From the NCBI GenBank assembly GCA_963725665.1, contig CAVRZA010000006.1:224001-288000 (forward strand): a stretch of 64,000 nt of DNA. The letters are read 5' to 3'. Shown in pieces: positions 59,867 to 64,000 of the stretch. The position numbers were made by a program, and so were the translations under genes. The stretch's first letter is position 1; the number at the start of each line of letters is the position of its first letter. The notes beneath the pieces are model-generated. The model worked only from the letters and a program-made list of their open reading frames with translations, had not been told where the DNA came from and did no database searches. Source of the stretch: an uncultured Actinomycetes bacterium. Its GTDB lineage: Bacteria > Actinomycetota > Thermoleophilia > UBA2241.

Positions 59867-60639
59867 CGACGATCCTCCGAGCTGCTGCCGCCGTCGGGCC
59901 GCGACGCGCCCGTCGCGGCCCGACGGCGGCGCGCACCGGTCTCCTCGTGGCGGCGCCGGAGCTCGAAGAGCACGACCGCCGCCGCCACGCTCACGTTGAG
60001 GCTCTCGACCGGTCCCTCGATGGGGATCGCCGCGACGCCGTCGCACGTGCGCGCCACCAGCGGACGCAGGCCGCGACCCTCCGAGCCGAAGACGAGCGCC
60101 ACCTTGCCCCCGAGATCGAGCTCGAGGTACGAGGTCGCCGCGTCGCCGGCGGCGCCGTAGACCCAAAACCCGGCTTTCTTGAGCTGCCCGAGGAAGCCGG
60201 CGACGTTGGTGACGTGAGCGATGGGCAGGTGCTCGGTCGCGCCGGCCGCCGCCTTCACGGCGGCCGGCGTGACCGAGGCCGAGCGGTGCCGGGGCAGCGC
60301 GAGACCGTCGGCGCCTGCCGCAAGGGCGCTGCGAGCGACGGCCCCCAGGTTGCGCGGGTCGCTGACCTCGTCGAGGACGACGACGAGTGACCCGCCAAGG
60401 AGCCGCTCGGGCGGCGCGTACGGGTAGTCCCCGACCAGCATGGCGAGTCCTTGATGCTCACGCGAGCCGGTGAGCCGTTCGAGCTCGCGGGGCTCGGTCG
60501 CCTGCAGCTCGAGGCCCTGGGGCAACAGGCCTGCGACGACGCGCCGGGCGGCAGGCGTCACGGCGAGCTTGTGCGGCCGGCGCAGGGCGCCGGGCATCAG
60601 AGCGAGCCGCACCGCCTGCCGCCCGTAGATCCATTCCAT
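59863..60639 (-). CDS. rlmB: 23S rRNA (Gm2251)-methyltransferase
   Basis: HQG, DPRNLGA.AR, GSEG.G, ESLNVSVA. Confidence 0.93.
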   Translation of the reverse strand: MEWIYGRQAVRLALMPGALRRPHKLAVTPAARRVVAGLLPQGLELQATEPRELERLTGSREHQGLAMLVGDYPYAPPERLLGGSLVVVLDEVSDPRNLGAVARSALAAGADGLALPRHRSASVTPAAVKAAAGATEHLPIAHVTNVAGFLGQLKKAGFWVYGAAGDAATSYLELDLGGKVALVFGSEGRGLRPLVARTCDGVAAIPIEGPVESLNVSVAAAVVLFELRRRHEETGARRRRAATGASRPDGGSSSEDRR

Positions 60640-60747
60640 GGTCGGGTTGTCCCCCTCGCGAGGGTGACGTAACGAAAGACGCAACCACCTTCGCCGCGGC
60701 CGCCGGCGAACCCTGCGGGGTCGCGATGCGGGGGGCGCGGGACGCGC

Positions 60748-62316
60748 TTACTGACGCGGCACGACCTGCGTCCCCTGAGGCGTGTCGCGCACCTCGAAGC
60801 CGGCCGCCTGGATCTCGTCGCGCAGGGCGTCGGCCCGGCTCCAGTTCTTCATCGCCCGCTCGTGGTCGCGCAGCGCGGCAGCGTAGGTCGCGTCTCCTCG
60901 CACGAGCGCGCCGGTGTAGAGCAGTTCGATCTCGTCCCAGGCGCCCTCGGCGGCGAGATCCTGCGCCTGCGGCGCGACTGTTTCGCCGCCGTTTGGCCCA
61001 GTCAGCGTGGCGGAGCCAGCCGCCTCCGCGGTGCGGGTCGTGTGGGTTCCGCCGCCCGTGACGTCGTCGGGCAGGCCGATGAGCAGCACGCCGAGCCGCT
61101 CCTCTAGGAGCGTGCGGGCCTCGCTGAGCGCCACGACGTCGAGCGGCTCGAGACCCTCGTCGACGGCGGTCAGGTGGCGGTACGCTCCGGCGACGAGAGC
61201 GAAGAGGGAGCCGATGGCGCCCGCGGTGTTGAGGTCGTCGTCCATGTACTCGTCGAACTCCGCCCGCGCGCGCGCCAACGTCTCGCGGAGGTGCGCGACC
61301 TCGCCCCTCCGACGCGCCTTGTTGGCCGTCGCCAGTCTGAAGGTGACGTCGCGCAGGGCCCCGACGAGACGCTCGTACGACGCCTTTGCTTCGTCGAGCT
61401 TCTCCACGGAGAACTCCAGTGGGCTGCGGTAGTGCGTCGTTAGGAAGTACGTCATGACGACCGCGGCGGAGTAGCGGTCGAGGCTCTCGCGCAGCAGCGT
61501 GATGTTGCCCACCGACTTGGCCATCTTCTCTCCCTCGGTGCGCAGCATCCCGTTGTGCATCCAGACGCGCGCGAACGGCAGACCGGCCGCCTCGGACTGG
61601 GCGATCTCGTTCTCGTGGTGGGGGAAGATGAGGTCGCGGCCACCGCCGTGGATGTCGAAGCCGGCCCCGAGGTAGCGCAGCCCCATCGCCGAGCACTCGA
61701 TGTGCCAGCCGGGACGGCCCTCTCCCCAGGGGCTTGCCCACGAGGGCTCGCCCGGCTTGGCCGCCTTCCAGACGGCGAAGTCGAGAGGGTCCTCCTTGCC
61801 CGGCTCGACACCGACGCGGGCACCCTCTTCCAGCTCCTCGATGCGCTGTCTCGAGAGCTTGCCGTACTGCGGGAAGCTGCGCACGCGGAAGTACACGCTT
61901 CCCTGTGCCTCGTAGGCGTGGCCGCCGGCGATCAGCTGGCAGCAAAGGTCGATGATCTCGGGGATGGTCTCGGTGGCCCGCGGCTCGATGTCGGGCCGCG
62001 GCAGGCCGAGCCGGTCGGTGTCGTCGAGGTACGCCTGCGTGAACTCGACCGCCACCTCAGACGCGGGGCGTCCCTCGGCGTTGGCCTTGGTGATGATCTT
62101 GTCGTCGACGTCGGTGATGTTCTCGACCAGCGTCACCTCGTAGCCGCGCTGGCGCAGCCAGCTGCGCAGCACGGCGAAGACCACATAGGGGCGCGCGTTG
62201 CCCACGTGAACGAGGTTGTAGACGGTGGGTCCGCAGGCGTAGATGCCGACCTTGCCGGGGTCGCGAGGGACGAAGTCCTCTTTGCGCTGCGTGAGCGAGT
62301 TGAACAACCGGATCAC
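60748..62316 (-). CDS. cysS: cysteine--tRNA ligase
   Basis: [40 protein letters not shown]. Confidence 0.97.
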   Translation of the reverse strand: MIRLFNSLTQRKEDFVPRDPGKVGIYACGPTVYNLVHVGNARPYVVFAVLRSWLRQRGYEVTLVENITDVDDKIITKANAEGRPASEVAVEFTQAYLDDTDRLGLPRPDIEPRATETIPEIIDLCCQLIAGGHAYEAQGSVYFRVRSFPQYGKLSRQRIEELEEGARVGVEPGKEDPLDFAVWKAAKPGEPSWASPWGEGRPGWHIECSAMGLRYLGAGFDIHGGGRDLIFPHHENEIAQSEAAGLPFARVWMHNGMLRTEGEKMAKSVGNITLLRESLDRYSAAVVMTYFLTTHYRSPLEFSVEKLDEAKASYERLVGALRDVTFRLATANKARRRGEVAHLRETLARARAEFDEYMDDDLNTAGAIGSLFALVAGAYRHLTAVDEGLEPLDVVALSEARTLLEERLGVLLIGLPDDVTGGGTHTTRTAEAAGSATLTGPNGGETVAPQAQDLAAEGAWDEIELLYTGALVRGDATYAAALRDHERAMKNWSRADALRDEIQAAGFEVRDTPQGTQVVPRQ

Positions 62317-63836
62317 GTCTCTCCTCCCTCTGGCGCGCCCGGTATCCGGGGAGATGGTGGGCTGGTGGCAGGGTCGTCGGTCGCCGCAGAATCAACAGGC
62401 CGGGAATCCACCCCCTCCGCGCCGGCCGCCACGAGCGCACGGTCGAGACGGCGCAGTGCCTCGGCCCGGTCGAGCGCGGCGAGGACGAAGGGAAGCTCGG
62501 GGCCGTGCTCGCGTCCGGTCAGGGCGATGCGCAGTGGCCGCAAGAGTCCACGCGCGTTGAGCCCCAGCTCGGGACCGAGGGCCCGGTAGTCGGCGAGGAG
62601 GCTGCGCGCGGCGGCGGGCGACACCCAGTCGCCCGCCGCCGCGCGCAGCCCCGCGAAACGGCCCAGCGCCGTCGCCGCCGCCGCGACCTCGCCGAGCAGC
62701 TCAGGCGGCGGCGGCGGCGCGTCGAGCACCTCCGCAGCCAGGCGCGCGGCATCCCCGTAGCGGACCAGCGACGGCTTGAACGCCTCGGCCAGGGCGCGAG
62801 CCGCAGGCTCGGCTACGCCGGCCAGCAGCCTAGCGGCGAAAAGGCGCTCGTGCTCGGCCTCGTCGAGGGCCAGGACGTGTTCGTGATCGAGCCAGTCGAG
62901 CTTGCCGGCGTCGAAGATCGCGGGGCTCCCCGACAGCGCGGCAAGGTCGAACTCGGCGATCAGCTCCCCCATGCCGAGGACCTCGCGCTCACCGTGTGAC
63001 CAGGAGAGCAGGGCGAGGTAGTTGGTCACGGCTTGCGGCAGGTATCCGAGCTCGCGGAACTCGCCCACCGCCGTCGCCCCGTGGCGCTTGGAGAGCTTCG
63101 CGCCGTCGGGGCCCAGGATGAGCGAGTGATGCGCGTAGCGCGGCTGCGGAGCATCGAGGGCACGCAGCAACAGGACCTGACGCGCGGTGTTCGTCAAGTG
63201 GTCCTCGCCACGGATGACGTGACTTACGCGCATCTCGGCGTCGTCGACGGCGGCGGCGAAGTTGTAGCCGGCGCGTCCATCGGAGCGCAGGATGATGAAA
63301 TCGCCGATGACGTCGCTGGTGAAGGCGACGCGGCCGCGGATGAGGTCTTCGACGACGATCTCGCCCTCGGGGACGGCGAAGCGCAGCGCCGCCGGCTCGC
63401 CGGCGGCGAGCCGGCGCCCGACCTCCCCGCCCGACAGCTCGTGGCAGCGCCGGTCGTACTTCGGCATGAGGCCGGCGGCCAGTCGCTCCTCGCGCAGCGA
63501 GTCGAGGCGCTCCTGGGAGCAGAAGCAGCGGTAGGCGATGCCTCGCTCGAGCAAGTCGAGCGCGGCGGCCTGGTAGAGCCCTTGACGTTCGCTCTGGCGG
63601 TAGGGCCCTGTCGGGCCGCCGCGCGCGGGCCCCTCGTCCCACTGCAGACCCAGCCAGGCCAGGTCCTCGAGGATGCCGGCCTCGTAACGGGCTTCAGAGC
63701 GCGCCACATCGGTGTCTTCGACGCGCACGATGAAGCTCCCGCCGTGACGACGGGCGAAGAGGAAGTTGTAGAGCGCCGTGCGCGCCGAGCCGATGTGCAG
63801 AGAACCCGTCGGGCTCGGCGCGAAGCGCACTCTCAC
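62313..63836 (-). CDS. gltX: glutamate--tRNA ligase
   Basis: RFAPSPTG.LHIG, RVEDTD, HVIRGEDH, KLSKR. Confidence 0.96.
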   Translation of the reverse strand: MRVRFAPSPTGSLHIGSARTALYNFLFARRHGGSFIVRVEDTDVARSEARYEAGILEDLAWLGLQWDEGPARGGPTGPYRQSERQGLYQAAALDLLERGIAYRCFCSQERLDSLREERLAAGLMPKYDRRCHELSGGEVGRRLAAGEPAALRFAVPEGEIVVEDLIRGRVAFTSDVIGDFIILRSDGRAGYNFAAAVDDAEMRVSHVIRGEDHLTNTARQVLLLRALDAPQPRYAHHSLILGPDGAKLSKRHGATAVGEFRELGYLPQAVTNYLALLSWSHGEREVLGMGELIAEFDLAALSGSPAIFDAGKLDWLDHEHVLALDEAEHERLFAARLLAGVAEPAARALAEAFKPSLVRYGDAARLAAEVLDAPPPPPELLGEVAAAATALGRFAGLRAAAGDWVSPAAARSLLADYRALGPELGLNARGLLRPLRIALTGREHGPELPFVLAALDRAEALRRLDRALVAAGAEGVDSRPVDSAATDDPATSPPSPRIPGAPEGGET

Positions 63837-64000
63837 GCTTGAGTCGAGGTTTATCGTTCGTCCTTTGTCGGCGCGCCCCAGCCGCTGACCCGGCCGGAGT
63901 CTATCGGCGCCTCCCCGGCACGGCAACCAGCCCCGTGCCTGATAGACTCGCGGCCCGACCGCGATGGCGAGCCTCGAGGAGGGCAGGCCTGATGCGCGAC

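Noticed and set aside
1-64000. CRISPR array or cas genes
   Set aside because: No regularly spaced repeat-spacer array and no Cas motifs seen

Overview
High-GC actinobacterial DNA; the gene content (gltX-cysS-rlmB-NYN-sigH, PilT, Tat lipoproteins) suggests a Thermoleophilia-like organism, which is an inference. Core-like genes lie at both ends: phosphate transport, radical SAM, NlpC/P60, PilT and ferredoxin-type glutamate synthase at 1-12.6 kb, and gltX-cysS-rlmB-NYN-sigH at 58.6-64 kb. Between them is a roughly 45 kb mosaic accessory region marked by three tRNA-Cys 3' fragments, two tRNA-Ala 3' fragments, two related Zn-ribbon tyrosine integrases, three IS110/IS1111 elements, an IS982, an IS481 remnant and shards of defence genes. 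The main cargo is a divergent arsenic-resistance locus whose rightward arm runs acr3-arsR-hgcA-hgcB (mercury methylation). It sits inside a ~26.8 kb segment bounded by 27-bp tRNA-Ala direct repeats with an integrase at one end. Two UGA-containing UxxC ORFs missed by the ORF track (a FrnE/DsbA protein and an HMA-like protein heading a double-cubane reductase operon) are candidate selenoproteins. Many genes carry single-base frameshifts that may be long-read errors.
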